From Trichosphaerium sp. ATCC 40318 (lineage: Eukaryota; Protista; Tubulinea), in assembly GCA_038496445.1 (NCBI GenBank), contig JALMLS010000062.1, positions 310,001 through 374,000 of the forward strand: DNA of 64,000 bases. The letters are read 5' to 3'. The position numbers were made by a program, and so were the translations under genes. The notes under the pieces were generated by a model, which searched no databases, was not told the DNA's origin, and worked only from the letters and a program-made list of their open reading frames with translations. Shown here piece after piece: positions 25,136-36,714 of this stretch. Each line of letters starts with the position of its first letter. Position 1 is the stretch's first letter.

Positions 25136-27025
25136 ATGCAAACAAAGAAAAAATTTGACTTTGGCATTTTGTATGATAAACAGCCTCCTACGCTTTCTCT
25201 CCTTGATATTCCTAAGGAGATTCAGCAATATATTTGCTCTTTCAATGCTGAAGCGTTCACAAAGTTCCATATGTTATCAATGAGAGCTGCTGTTAACACA
25301 CATTTCAACAATAGCCTACAACGAAACGGAAAATGGCTGAGGTGGTACAAGACCGGGCAACTTAATCAACAAAATATGTGGGTAAACGGTAAGTTAAACG
25401 GCATTTTTTCAATATGGCACAAAAACAGGCAACTTTCTGCGGAGTCCATGTGGGTAGATGGAAAAATACAAGGTGAAATCAAACAATATTATGAGAATGG
25501 ACAACTTTCAGGGCAATTCATGTGGGTTGATGGTAAACGACAAGGCCATGCCAAAGAATGGTATAAGAATGGTCAACTTAAAGTGATGGGTATGTGGGCT
25601 GATAATAAACCTAACCACGAGTTTAAAATGTGGGACGAGACAGGTCAACTTCGCTCACAGATCATGTGGAATGCTGGTGTAAAAAACGGTACTAACAAAG
25701 AGTGGGATGAGAACGGACAACTAAGAATACTAAGTAAATGGCTTAATGGTAAACAAATTGGTGTGGCCAAAGAATGGTATGACGACGGTCAACTGATGAC
25801 ACAAACAACATGGAAGGATAATAAATTAAATGGTGAAGCAAGAGTGTGGCATAGGAATGGGCAAATTAAAGAACAAACTACGTGGGTTGATGGTAAAGTG
25901 CATGGTGAAGGCAAAACATGGTATCCAAATGGACAGCTTAAGGAACAATACATAAAGATTTATGGTAAGCTAAACAAAGAGGGTAAACAGTGGTATCAGA
26001 ATGGCCAACCTCAAACTCAAACAAGGTGGTTTGATAGTACAAGAAATGGTAATCACAAAGAGTGGTATGAAAGTGGACAAATTCATTTCTTTAGCAAGTG
26101 GGTTGATGATAAACGAAATGGCGAATCTAAAGAATGGTTTGAAAACGGGCAACTTAAGACACTAGCCATGTGGGTTGATGGTAAAGTGCATGGCGAATCC
26201 AAAGAATGGTTTGAAAATGGGCAACTTAAGGAACATTGTATGTGGGTTGATGGTAAACGAAATGGCGCGCTAGCAGAATGGTATGATACTGGAGAACTTT
26301 TTGCTGAATTTATGTTTGTTGATGGTGAGCCAAATGGCGAATATAAGGAGTGGTATAAAAATGGTAAACCCAAGATACAACAGGCATGGGTAATGGGTAA
26401 AAAAACGGGAAAGAGGAAGACATGGTTTGACAATGGACAGATCAAACTTGAATGTAATATGATTGATAGAAAGCTACAAGGTGAAGTCAACGAATGGTAT
26501 GAAAATGGACAACTTAATAAACAAAGTATGTGGGCTGGTGATGAAAAACATGGTGAATGCAAGGCATGGTTTGAGAATGGAAATATTAAGGAGCAAAGTA
26601 TGTGGGCTGGTGGTAAAAGACATGGTGAGTCCAAAACATGGTATCAAAATGGACAACTTGAGTCACAAGCAATGTGGATCAATGGTAAAAAACACGGTCT
26701 GGCCAAAGCGTGGCATGATAATGGACAACTTAGCATAGAATGTATCTGGATTAATGGTAAACGAGAAGGTGAGCTGAAAGCATGGCATGTAAGTGGACAA
26801 CTTGAAGTACAATCAATGTGGGTCAACGGTAAACAACACGGTCAGGCCAAAGCGTGGCATGATAATGGACAACTTGAGACACAATCAATGTGGAGTGATT
26901 CCAAATTAAACGGTGAGGCCATAAGATGGTATGAGAACGGGCAAATTCAAATACAATGTATGTTTAATAATGGTGAAGAAGTTGGAGAGGCAAAAGAGTG
27001 GCACGAAAATGGTGAACGTAAATAG
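25136..27025 (+). CDS. F-box-like + MORN-variant repeat protein (copy 6), about 23 repeats
   Basis: LLDIPKEIQQYICSFNAEAFTKFHMLS.. (closest to copy 3), then uninterrupted 24-aa repeats WYENGQL....WVDGK..GE.KE. Confidence 0.92.
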   Translation: MQTKKKFDFGILYDKQPPTLSLLDIPKEIQQYICSFNAEAFTKFHMLSMRAAVNTHFNNSLQRNGKWLRWYKTGQLNQQNMWVNGKLNGIFSIWHKNRQLSAESMWVDGKIQGEIKQYYENGQLSGQFMWVDGKRQGHAKEWYKNGQLKVMGMWADNKPNHEFKMWDETGQLRSQIMWNAGVKNGTNKEWDENGQLRILSKWLNGKQIGVAKEWYDDGQLMTQTTWKDNKLNGEARVWHRNGQIKEQTTWVDGKVHGEGKTWYPNGQLKEQYIKIYGKLNKEGKQWYQNGQPQTQTRWFDSTRNGNHKEWYESGQIHFFSKWVDDKRNGESKEWFENGQLKTLAMWVDGKVHGESKEWFENGQLKEHCMWVDGKRNGALAEWYDTGELFAEFMFVDGEPNGEYKEWYKNGKPKIQQAWVMGKKTGKRKTWFDNGQIKLECNMIDRKLQGEVNEWYENGQLNKQSMWAGDEKHGECKAWFENGNIKEQSMWAGGKRHGESKTWYQNGQLESQAMWINGKKHGLAKAWHDNGQLSIECIWINGKREGELKAWHVSGQLEVQSMWVNGKQHGQAKAWHDNGQLETQSMWSDSKLNGEAIRWYENGQIQIQCMFNNGEEVGEAKEWHENGERK

Positions 27026-27398
27026 AGTTACACAAAAGACACAAACCCTAATTTCAAGCTACACCAAAAAATAAAGTAAAATAAGAGTGTTACTATTCAG
27101 AATGCAAAAGAATGTCATCTATCACATGACCAATCATAGGATTTATTTACAAATGGTGCTACATACGACCTCCTTTAGTAAGCTTATTTATCCCATTGCA
27201 AATTAAATATTTACTACCATCCAACTTACAGCTAAACCTCATTTTATTAAAGCATTTCAGCAGTCACAAGTCACCACTTTTAGGATTTTATTCGCTCAAG
27301 TAAACAACATAAACCTTTTGGTTTGTGACAAACATAACCCTTTTACTATGTTCAGTAATATCATCAAATATACAGTTAATTCAATAATTAACAGGTAG

Positions 27399-28200
27399 CT
27401 ACGAACTTCTACGTGCCTTTGGGTAAGCCCATTCATCTGCCATATCTTTTCTTCTACAATCTCCTTTGTACTTTCCTATTAAATTCTCGCCTTCATAGAC
27501 CTCTATCTCCATCTTAATGTTATTAAGAATACCACTGATTGGTATATTAATTGTACATGGCTTCCGTCCTTGAAACAAACAGTCAGAGACAAAAAACAAC
27601 AACTGTCACGTGATAAAAAAAAATGAAAAAAAAACATAAAAGCTATCAATCGTAATTTGATGTTTGGTTTTTCTTGAGCGAGACTTTCCATATGGTACAT
27701 CAATGGGCACATATGTACACTCCTTTCCATTCACATGAGTGAAAGATAGCTTGCAGGTACGTTTTAGTGGCTCTACACAACCGTCAAGAACAAATTCATA
27801 GAAAACTCTCACCAACCAAGTTTGTTGATATTTCTTCTGAAAGTTTAATACTTGATGCACATTCAGAGGAAGCGCGTAAAGAGTATACAATGATAATGAG
27901 ACATGGACCATTTCCAAAATCGAAAATACTATCCAAAGAATACAAGGAAAGATTACATAGAATATGTAAAATCATTCGGATTTTAAAATTATGAAATAAA
28001 TCAAGCAACAAAAAAAACCCAAGATGTTCTTGCTTTAATTTAACATATTATTACTATGTACCATCATTTCTAACCGGACTTGTCCCTTATTAAAATAAGA
28101 TTGTCTGATGTCGTCATATTCTTGCTTGATGAAACATAGAGTCTTTGCTAATTTTGTATTGGGTGACGTGAAAAGCAACTGTAAGTTCGCTGCAACATCC
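27399..28200 (-). other. Probable multi-exon gene or gene remnant, unknown product
   Basis: Protein-like ORF segments (27606-27917, 27399-27575) separated by T-rich intron-like DNA. I could not reconcile the phase of the upstream exon. Confidence 0.3.
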
Positions 28201-28543
28201 TTCCTTTTATGATAGAGTTACAACAGATCAAGAAAGCATTGTCCACAACAATGATGCTTTGTTTATCGAAACGGAGCATTTTATTCTTACATCTCACACC
28301 GTGGTTAGGTTTCCTAACACCTCATAAATCAACTTCCACCATTGGTAGGAAACCATCCTTATGGAGTGACCCTTGATTAACTCACATGAGTATTTCAGAG
28401 CTAAGGGTTTTGTTACTATATTAAGTCATAGAATTCACGTGCTAGCAATCCTACTTAGGCCTGAGTAGAGGTAAATTCAAGTTAAGTTATTTACATCACT
28501 GGCATGGTATCCCAAAGTCCGAAACAGTATTGTGAGCTACAAC

Positions 28544-30648
28544 ATGTATCTAACTATTAATACAGGAGCGACGGTCTTATTTTTAGTGTTTACGTCAATA
28601 TTTGTTTACAATGCCGCTGGTCTCCTTGAAATACAAAGCCCTTTGCAGTTAAAGGGAGTATACAAATCAGTTGGTCACGTGATCGGTTCGGTAGAAGAAA
28701 ATTGGGACAAACAAAATATTACACTAGTACGCAGTGAGTTCCATGATGTAGCAGGTGCGCTCGTTTTAGTCGTATACATTTTTGTGGCATAATTTCCGAT
28801 AATTTGTTTTTTAGGTAAAGCAGTAATCATAGAAAGCGACTTGAATGATTTCGAAGAAGAGTACGCGGAGCATCCAAACTTGCAAAGGAACTCGTAAAAG
28901 CGGAGAAATATGAAAATTAATACGTGGCTCGGGCAAAAAAAAAGACCGCCCATTTGTCACGTGTTTTCCACTTTCTTGTTGCAAGACGGGAATTTAATTT
29001 TGTAAATGTTCAATCATTTTTTAATGAGTTTTTAGTGCTCATAGTCTTCAACGAGAGGGTGCTACACTTATTATATATTTAGTTAGAAGCAATTTAAACT
29101 TGGGTAACACAGAGTGTTTTTTTCTTTATACCGTATTCACTCTAAAAGGTCTTGTATCATATCTGCTACGATACCCTCAAAAGAGTAAAGGCTTGAACAT
29201 CCCAGTTGTAACTACATACAAAGACAATTTTGATCCAGCACTGCTAAACAACACTGAAACCGCTTTTGGGACAGTATACCCAGGTACTATAGAATCGTTT
29301 CATACTCGTGGTGCTAATTGTATTTCAAGATTTTAATTCATTTCTACATGTATTTAATCATTGGGGCTACTATCTCACTATTTTCTTACTTATATCATAC
29401 ACAATCTTTTGCTTTGGCGTTGCTGTTTGTATACTATGGCAACATATATTTTTTCGATCTAAAACTAACACATTTCTAACAATACCTGTTGTTTGTTTGG
29501 CGTTTGAAGCAATCGCCAATTTTCGTGAGTTGTGTACCTTTCTTCTTTTTTGCTGACACGGTTTGTTAGTGCGGATTCTATTTTTAGTTGATCCTTTCCA
29601 AGGGTTGCATATATACCCACACCTTCTTCAACAGGCTCTAACTTCAGCTTCGGTACCGTTCTCGTTGGCAAGTGCTCTATTAGTGACTATGTACTGGTAC
29701 AACCTTTTTCAATTCGTTCTGTGTTAAAGTTACTGTCGTCTGTTCCAGTTTTGCCTTACTATTTTGTTGTTCAAGGCATGAGTCTATTTACAACAAAGCA
29801 GTGAAGGTGGCTCCATTTTTACAAAGGACAAAGATTGCTTTTGTTTGCATATTAGTAGCTTTGTACATGTTCTTTATTTTGTCGAGTATGTCAACAACAA
29901 TATTCTCAGATGGCTTATCAACCGCATTTACAGTAATTAATTGGGTACAACTTTACATTTAGCACATCTCGTACTGATTGATGTAGACCATAATTCTTGG
30001 ATCAATTGGTGTTATTGTTGTATATGGCTTAATAGTGTGTCGTACACTGATTGTATTCAGCAAGGATACAACGATTAAATTACATCGATTAAACATGGCA
30101 CGTGAATGAACCTCAAATTCAGTTCTTTTGTTTAAACCTAGCAATACTTTTACCTTTTTCCAGTGACCAAAAGGACAAATCATGTGTCAAAGTTGTTTGT
30201 CTTTCTTACTTTTTATTGTATGTTTGATGCGCATTCAGTCTTTACACTTTTTGTAGATCTCCAAGTATTGTATGACTTTTACGGTCTGTAAGTTGATGTG
30301 GCGGCTGTCAATATGGTACACGACTAATCTTATTTTAATATACCTATTTATGCTTACCTTTTCTTTGCTTAGGTAGCTCTTAAATATGCATTGAAGCCAC
30401 TGGTTAGGTTTGCAACAGTCAGATGTCGATGATATAGTCTTTCCTAATATACATATTTATCCTTGACACTTTCACTAGTCCAGAGTATACCTTTATGGAT
30501 GGCTAATAGACGGAGAGTCCGTACTTCAAAGTATACAAACCATGGAACAGGGCGCGCTGCAAGTCTCAGTACAGTACGGGCTACCAACTCTATTTGTACT
30601 ACCCCAGCAAAAATGTGTGTTCAAACTACACCAAACACCAAACAATAA
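28544..30648 (+). CDS. Signal peptide + PA-like ectodomain + ~7TM receptor-like protein (paralog 2)
   Basis: Leader, LLEIQSPLQLKGVY, LNIPVVT, then TM motifs shared with paralog 1 (CLAFEAIANF, VPFSLASALLVTMYW/HE). Confidence 0.75.
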
Positions 30649-31362
30649 ATAGTGTATAGTAGATTCATCATGTTTATGAAACCCGCTTGAATATGAAAAT
30701 TAGTATTGTAGTCGGAAGCAAGCAGTGCGTTCTTGTTGTAAAATTCAAGTCTTCGTCGCTAGTCATCATGTATTTCGATGGCTTTGATAGATTAATAGTA
30801 TAGTAGTTTGTAGTATACCACTAATTTTATCTGTTTTCGTTTTGATGTAAGCACTTAACTCAATCTGAGATAGTAGTTTCTATTCCTATTTCTCGCTTGC
30901 ACTTTCGTGATTGACTAAAATAGTATTGACGTCAAGAAGGAATAGTCATAAGCTATGGAGGTATCAAGTCGCTTGCAGTGTGATTGCAAACTGTAATGGT
31001 ATATTTGGCAACTCAGACACTATACCACGCTACGCAACAAAGGTTCTAGTTTGGCAACCAAAGGATTAAGCACTTTGGGCCCAAAGCCGGAGGAACTTTT
31101 GGAGATATTGTTGATCTGTAAGCGATTAAACCATGGTGGCGTTAGTGGTCTTTTGCGAGTAAGGAAAAGGCAAATACGGGCAAAATAAAAACACAAACTA
31201 CGCCACGAGCCTGTCCTTGGTTTAAGGCTGAAACTCGTAAGCGTAGTAATTTAGTTTTGGTAGTGTTAAGTGGTCGTATTTTTGACACGTGATTGATAAA
31301 CATTACGTTTTTTTTTCAAACATTGCCTAGTTTGTAGTTTTGTAGTAGTGTTGATAAGAACT

Positions 31363-31461
31363 AACTTGAACGCACCACTAATCACTCGCATATATATGAT
31401 ATGTACTTTTGAGAACGAATTTGTATGTTGTGACGCTACATAAGTTACAATGGTTCAGGTT
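31363..31461 (+). ncRNA. Candidate structured RNA or palindromic cis-element, copy 1
   Basis: Outer stem AACTTGAAC/GTTCAGGTT; hairpins GCATA-N7-TATGT and TTGTGAC-N9-GTTACAA; conserved in 3 copies. Confidence 0.35.
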
Positions 31462-31903
31462 TCGTTAAGTAAACTAAACTTGCCGCTGAAAAAAAAACTC
31501 CGCTTACTTTTGATACTGTCCTTATAAATACGTATTTCTGAACACCTTGTTTGTGGGTTGCACTGGTATTGTTTTGTGAAGAGAGTGCTTTTTGTCGACA
31601 TCTTTTTTTTATTACGGTAATTTAAGAAAGTTCTATAGCGTGGTTTGATAACACGTGACTAGTGTTAGGAAATTGGTTGTTTGTGGTATTTTTACGAGAT
31701 TATTTGAACTCCAGTATTTTAATAATGATATGGCGACATTTATAGCTATAAGCGCCGTAGTGTTACCTATGGATACAATTGCTTTTATGCATCCAAGAGC
31801 GCGCTTTAAGGTGTACAGCACATATTAATATCACGTACACGGACTGACGTGTGATTCGACCAATTGAAGATTGTTTAATTCAAAAATAAACTACAAATAA
31901 CAC

Positions 31904-32332
31904 ATGACCACTACTACCCAATTTCAACTTTATAGAAGACACTGGAAGTGTAATAAACAATCCAGGTGTACATTCAAGCTTTTATCTTGCCTATACACGT
32001 TCGAGATGGTGAGCGGAAAGCTTGAAAACAGACTACCGGACTATGCACTAATCAAGGGAGCGCCTGGTAAACGTCCACAGTACTCTTGCACATATAGAAG
32101 GTACATCGTCTTATACCTCATGTATCGTTGTCTAATAACGTTTAATAGAAAAAGCAATGGTTCTCAACTTCGTCCTAGCACATACAAAGATATTAAAAAC
32201 TATACAAAAGATGTGAGGACAGACTCAGTCAAAATACAATTCAATGCCAGATTAAAGTCTCAACGAGCAACACGTGATCAAAAAAGGCTCCGCCAGATGG
32301 ATATTAGATTTTTAATACACCAACAGAAGTAG
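31904..32332 (+). CDS. Small basic orphan protein, copy 1 of 3 (intron 32101-32148)
   Basis: MTTTTQFQLYRRHWKCNKQSR...RLRQMDIRFLIHQQK*. Phase-2 intron at the same position in all three copies. Confidence 0.85.
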   Translation: MTTTTQFQLYRRHWKCNKQSRCTFKLLSCLYTFEMVSGKLENRLPDYALIKGAPGKRPQYSCTYRRYIVLYLMYRCLITFNRKSNGSQLRPSTYKDIKNYTKDVRTDSVKIQFNARLKSQRATRDQKRLRQMDIRFLIHQQK

Positions 32333-32800
32333 TAATGTACTAATACTTCCAATACAACTTTCACAGTCAATCCCGAAATACTTGTCTATTTTGATATGAA
32401 CAGAAAAGGTAGTACTGTGTCTAGAGGTCTTACTTTTCTGGTTACAAACCGGTTTTCTGAAAGCCTAACCTCGACTTCGTAACGACTACGATAAAGTGAA
32501 ATATAACAGCGCTGGAACAAAGGCAAACTGTAGCAAAAATCAACTCAATAAAAATAGTGTCACTTTCACTCAACTTTGTAGAGCTTTGTTTTAAAGTGCA
32601 TGAAGTTTGGAAGAAAAAAGCGTGACGGAGGCTTATAATGACGCCAACAACTTTCATTTTACCATAACCGAACCAGTAACGAGTTGGCAACTGACTAAGC
32701 CGATAACCGGTTTTCTTAGAGCTCTAACTGTGACTTCAATAAATCTATTGGGGAATTTTACAAAAATAGCGGCATGTATCAAGAAAGCATGTTTTGGGTA

Positions 32801-32970
32801 GAGAGTGCATCCTGAAACTGTCATTGATGATATTAGAACCATTTACGGTATATATTGCTGTATTTGAATATTCATAGCGGAAGAACATTATGATAATCCA
32901 CATGAAATGATAACGTGATACATTTTCAGTGAAGTTAAACTTGAACTTGTTCCATTTTGATATGGCTTGC
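32801..32970 (+). repeat. Duplicated spacer segment (matches about 34637-34764), part of the local segmental duplication
   Basis: Shared AACTGTCATTGAT..ATTAGAACCATTT and TATGATAATCCACATGAAATGATAACGTGATACA..TTTTCAGTGAAGTTAAACTTGAACTTGTT. Confidence 0.85.
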
Positions 32971-33212
32971 ATTTATACGCTTTAAGCCCATACTTTAGGG
33001 AATAGTATAATCTGGAAATGTATGGGAAGAAAAATGGAAGTGGTTTTTCGCACCATTTTAATACAGCAAACACTGCAATATACAAATTCTTTTGTTTGTT
33101 CGTGACTGCTAGTAAAAAGATCTTTTAGCTTACATTGCTTCTCTTTACGTTCATAAACACGAATTTTTCACGCAGTCTGAACCAGTTTGTAGTTTTGTCG
33201 TAAAGCTGAAAA

Positions 33213-33317
33213 GAACTAACTTGAACAAACCATTAATCGCCTACATGCATAAGTTATGTACTTTTGAGAACTAATTGGTTGTGACGCCTCACAAGTCACA
33301 AGATTCAAGTTTTGTTC
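33213..33317 (+). ncRNA. Candidate structured RNA or palindromic cis-element, copy 2
   Basis: AACTTGAA/TTCAAGTT; TACATG-N7-TATGTA; TTGTGAC-N9-GTCACAA. Confidence 0.35.
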
Positions 33318-33532
33318 AGTAAAATAAATCGCCTTACGAAAAAAAAACTACCGCCGCACAACTACTTTATGTGGAGTATGACATTGTTTAGTGAAGAGCC
33401 CGGTTTTGTTTGGTGTTTTTCTGAAATTTCTGTAACATGGCTTTCTTTGATGACACGTGATTAGTAATAGAAAATTTGTTGTGCTATTTTTTTTCCAATT
33501 GAAGATTGTTTAATTCCGTAAAACACTAAAAC

Positions 33533-33966
33533 ATGACAACCACTACTACCCAATTTCAACTTTTTAAAAGACACTGGAAGTGTAATAAACAATCCAGGTA
33601 TACATACAAGCTTTCTTATTGCCTATACACGTTCGAGATGGTGGGAGGAAAGCTTGAAAACAAACTACCAGACTATATAGAAATTAAACGAGCACTTGGC
33701 AAACACCCACAGTACTCTCATACGTATAACAGGTACATATCGCTTTACATCTCATTTTTCTTTGGCTAATACACTTTATTAGAAAAACCAATAGTAAGAA
33801 ACGTCATCCTAACACATGCAAAGATATTAAAAAACGTCCAAAAGATGCGAGGACAGATTCAGTCAAAATACAATTAAATGCCAGATTAAAGTCTCGACGA
33901 GCAACACGTGATCAAAAAAGGCTCCGCCAGATGGATATTAGATTTTTAATACACCAACAGAAGTAG
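33533..33966 (+). CDS. Small basic orphan protein, copy 2 of 3 (intron 33733-33782)
   Basis: Removing the 50-nt GTACAT...CTAAT...TTAG intron restores the frame to ...RLRQMDIRFLIHQQK*. Confidence 0.85.
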
Positions 33967-34983
33967 TAATGTATTAATACTTCCAATACAACTTTCACAG
34001 GCTATCCACTAATACCGCTTGATTTTTTTTTGCAATGAAAAGAAGCAGATTGTAACTTTTCAATAAACCTATTACAGAACTTTTAACAACAATTGAGAGG
34101 GGTAGCTTATATTTACAGCTTTGGTCATCAAAGTTAATTATTATTTAAAGTTTGTCAGTCGAGAACGACATTCTCAATCTGAAAAAGTGATACCAACCTG
34201 TAAATAACAAGACTGCCGGTCTAACAATTCACGTTGGTAGAATACATTGACATGTATACACGTCCAATTTCTTAACTACTACAGCCAATGTTTGTTGGTT
34301 ACTACAAGATAATAGAATGTTCCTTTGCTTGCACGCATAGATGCCAATGCAAACATAGAAACCTAGTGCATTCCTACAGGGTTTGCAGAGGTGACGCCAT
34401 CTTGCAGGCAATTTTTGCTTTTTCTTTATGGATAAGGTGCACTGTTTGCATCAACATCTGATGCTTGAGATTACGCTTACTTACAGAACGAGCACTTGTT
34501 AGGTTAGGCTAAAACTGTAAACACTCGTTGCTGTAGCTCGCTTCGTATATCACACTATTCAGATTTACGGCCCGTGCCATCCACTTGATCACCGCTTACT
34601 CCAATACCTTGTACCAGAATACTTGGCATGGGTACAGAGTTCACCCTGCAACTGTCATTGATATTAGAACCATTTGCGGCGTATGATAATCCACATGAAA
34701 TGATAACGTGATACAACATTTTCAGTGAAGTTAAACTTGAACTTGTTACATCTTGCTATGGCTTTGATATGCTTTAACTTTGTTCAATAAAACAAAAACT
34801 GCAACTATACTTGCGTAGAAACCCGAACAATTTTCCTGGTCGCTAAGACTGTAAAAAGTGCTTTGATTAACTTACGGCTTTTTCTTTACGCTCTTAATCT
34901 CTCTCACGTGATTAGTTTTTATAACAGCGGGTTTTTCATGCGTTAAGAACCATTTTGTAGTTTTTAGTAACCCTAATAGAACT

Positions 34984-35082
34984 AACTTGAACAGACCTTC
35001 AATCACTTGTATAAATATGGTATGCACTTTTAAGAACGAATAGGTATGTTGTGACGCCGCACAAGTCACAACGGTTCAGGTT
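34984..35082 (+). ncRNA. Candidate structured RNA or palindromic cis-element, copy 3
   Basis: AACTTGAAC/GTTCAGGTT; TGTATA-N7-TATGCA; GTTGTGAC-N9-GTCACAAC. Confidence 0.35.
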
Positions 35083-35450
35083 TTGTTAACTAAAATAAAT
35101 CTCAACTTACGAAAAAAAAACTACAATCTTGCCCCTACTCCAAAAAAACCCAGGGCATTTATATTCTGAACAACATTATGGCTCCACCAAGTGCGGTATT
35201 GTTTAGTGAAGAGTGAGCTTTTTTTGGGACTTTATCCGGCGATTTTCCGAAGTTGTTGATCACGTGATCAACAATAGAAAATTTGTTGTGTAAATAGATT
35301 ATTTGAACAACTGCTATGTTGTCGACAACTAGCAAGTGATAAATTGCTTGAATACATTCGAGAACTTGTATTAAGATGTATGCATTCAATGCCAAGTGAC
35401 AGAAGAGATTGTGAGTCGACATATTTCAAAAAAAACTCTACAAATAACAC

Positions 35451-35859
35451 ATGACCACTGCTACCCAATTTCAACTTTTTAAGAGACACTGGAAGTGTAA
35501 CAAACAATCCAGGTATACATACAAGCTTTCTTCTTGCCTATACACGTTCGAGATGGTGAGCGGAAAGCTTGAAAACAAACTAACCGACTATGTACAAATT
35601 AAACAAGTGCTTGGCAAACGTCCACAGTACTCTCATACATATAGCAGGTATACATCTCGCCACAATTTTAGTACATTATCTAATACAATTTAATAGAAGA
35701 AATAGTAGTAAGAAACTTCGTACCACATGCAAAGGTACAAACAACCGGCCAAAACAAGCGAAATATGTACATTCCAGATTAAAATCTCAACGAGCAATAC
35801 GTGATCAAAAAAGGCTCCGCCAGATGGATATTAGATTCCTAATACACCAACAGAATTAA
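35451..35859 (+). CDS. Small basic orphan protein, copy 3 of 3 (intron 35648-35696)
   Basis: A 49-nt intron joins ORFs 35451-35693 and 35590-35859; ends RLRQMDIRFLIHQQN*. Confidence 0.85.
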
Positions 35860-36374
35860 TTATGTAGTAATATAGCCAATTAAAGTTTCACAGTCTATCC
35901 TGAAATGCCACAGCTATTATTATATTTGTCATGAAAATGATTAATTGTAATTGCACTGCTTGTAAATTCTCAGTACTTTTTGTTGTTTAGCCGTTTACAC
36001 CGGCTACTAAACGTTGATGGTTAATATGTAAGCGTCCACTACTAATTGACACCCTTTTTTGCGATTGGTAGCTCAAGCGAAAGACAGTAGATCATTTGGA
36101 ATGTCAAAGAAACCATTTTTATAATATAGAACTTGAAAAAAAGCAGTCATTTTTTAGAGTTTGCATTATACTCTAGAGGTAGGTTTTCAACGGTACATTG
36201 GATATGCAACAAAGCAATTATGGAAACTAACAATACGGGAAAGTAAAATGCATCGCATAAAAGATGTATCAATCAAATAAGTCAAGTTAATTGAATAAAG
36301 CCACGTCATTACTTGCTTTTTTTTTACATCAATCACTTTTTGCAGTATTCATAGTTTGAGAACACTGCGTCTTT

Positions 36375-36714
36375 ATGAACAACAAAACAGAACAAAAACA
36401 CAAGGTAAACCCATTAAAAGATGACTAGCGTCCCAACTAATGGAAGCAAATAGCCTGCTGTAAAATCGGTTTACTGCCGTTTGTTAGGTATTCCTGAGGA
36501 GCTACAGCTTGATATACTAGATCTAGACTTCTCTTTGTATTCAAAGTGGCCTATTTTCTCCAAAAAAACAGCTATGGCAACAAGATTTGATGCTAACTTA
36601 GAAAAACATGGTCTTTGGATAAAATATACAAAAAACGTTTTAGGGGCAGCAGTTGAAATCAAAGAAAATTGGATACATGGTAAACGAGAATACTTAACCT
36701 GGTCATTTGTATAG
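36375..36714 (+). pseudogene. Truncated F-box-like/MORN family member (copy 7), intron 36405-36453
   Basis: MNNKTEQKHK | PAVKSVYCRLLGIPEELQLDILDLD..KWPIFSK..TRFDANLEKHGLW; stops within the first repeat (NWIHGKRE..*). Confidence 0.75.

Noticed and set aside
1543-27025. Endogenous giant-virus insertion or bacterial YwqK toxin-antitoxin locus
   Set aside because: No NCLDV core genes or toxins; the genes have spliceosomal introns and are interleaved with ordinary host genes.
30098-30160. GC-AG intron in 7TM paralog 2
   Set aside because: A canonical GT donor 4 nt downstream gives a valid in-frame splice.
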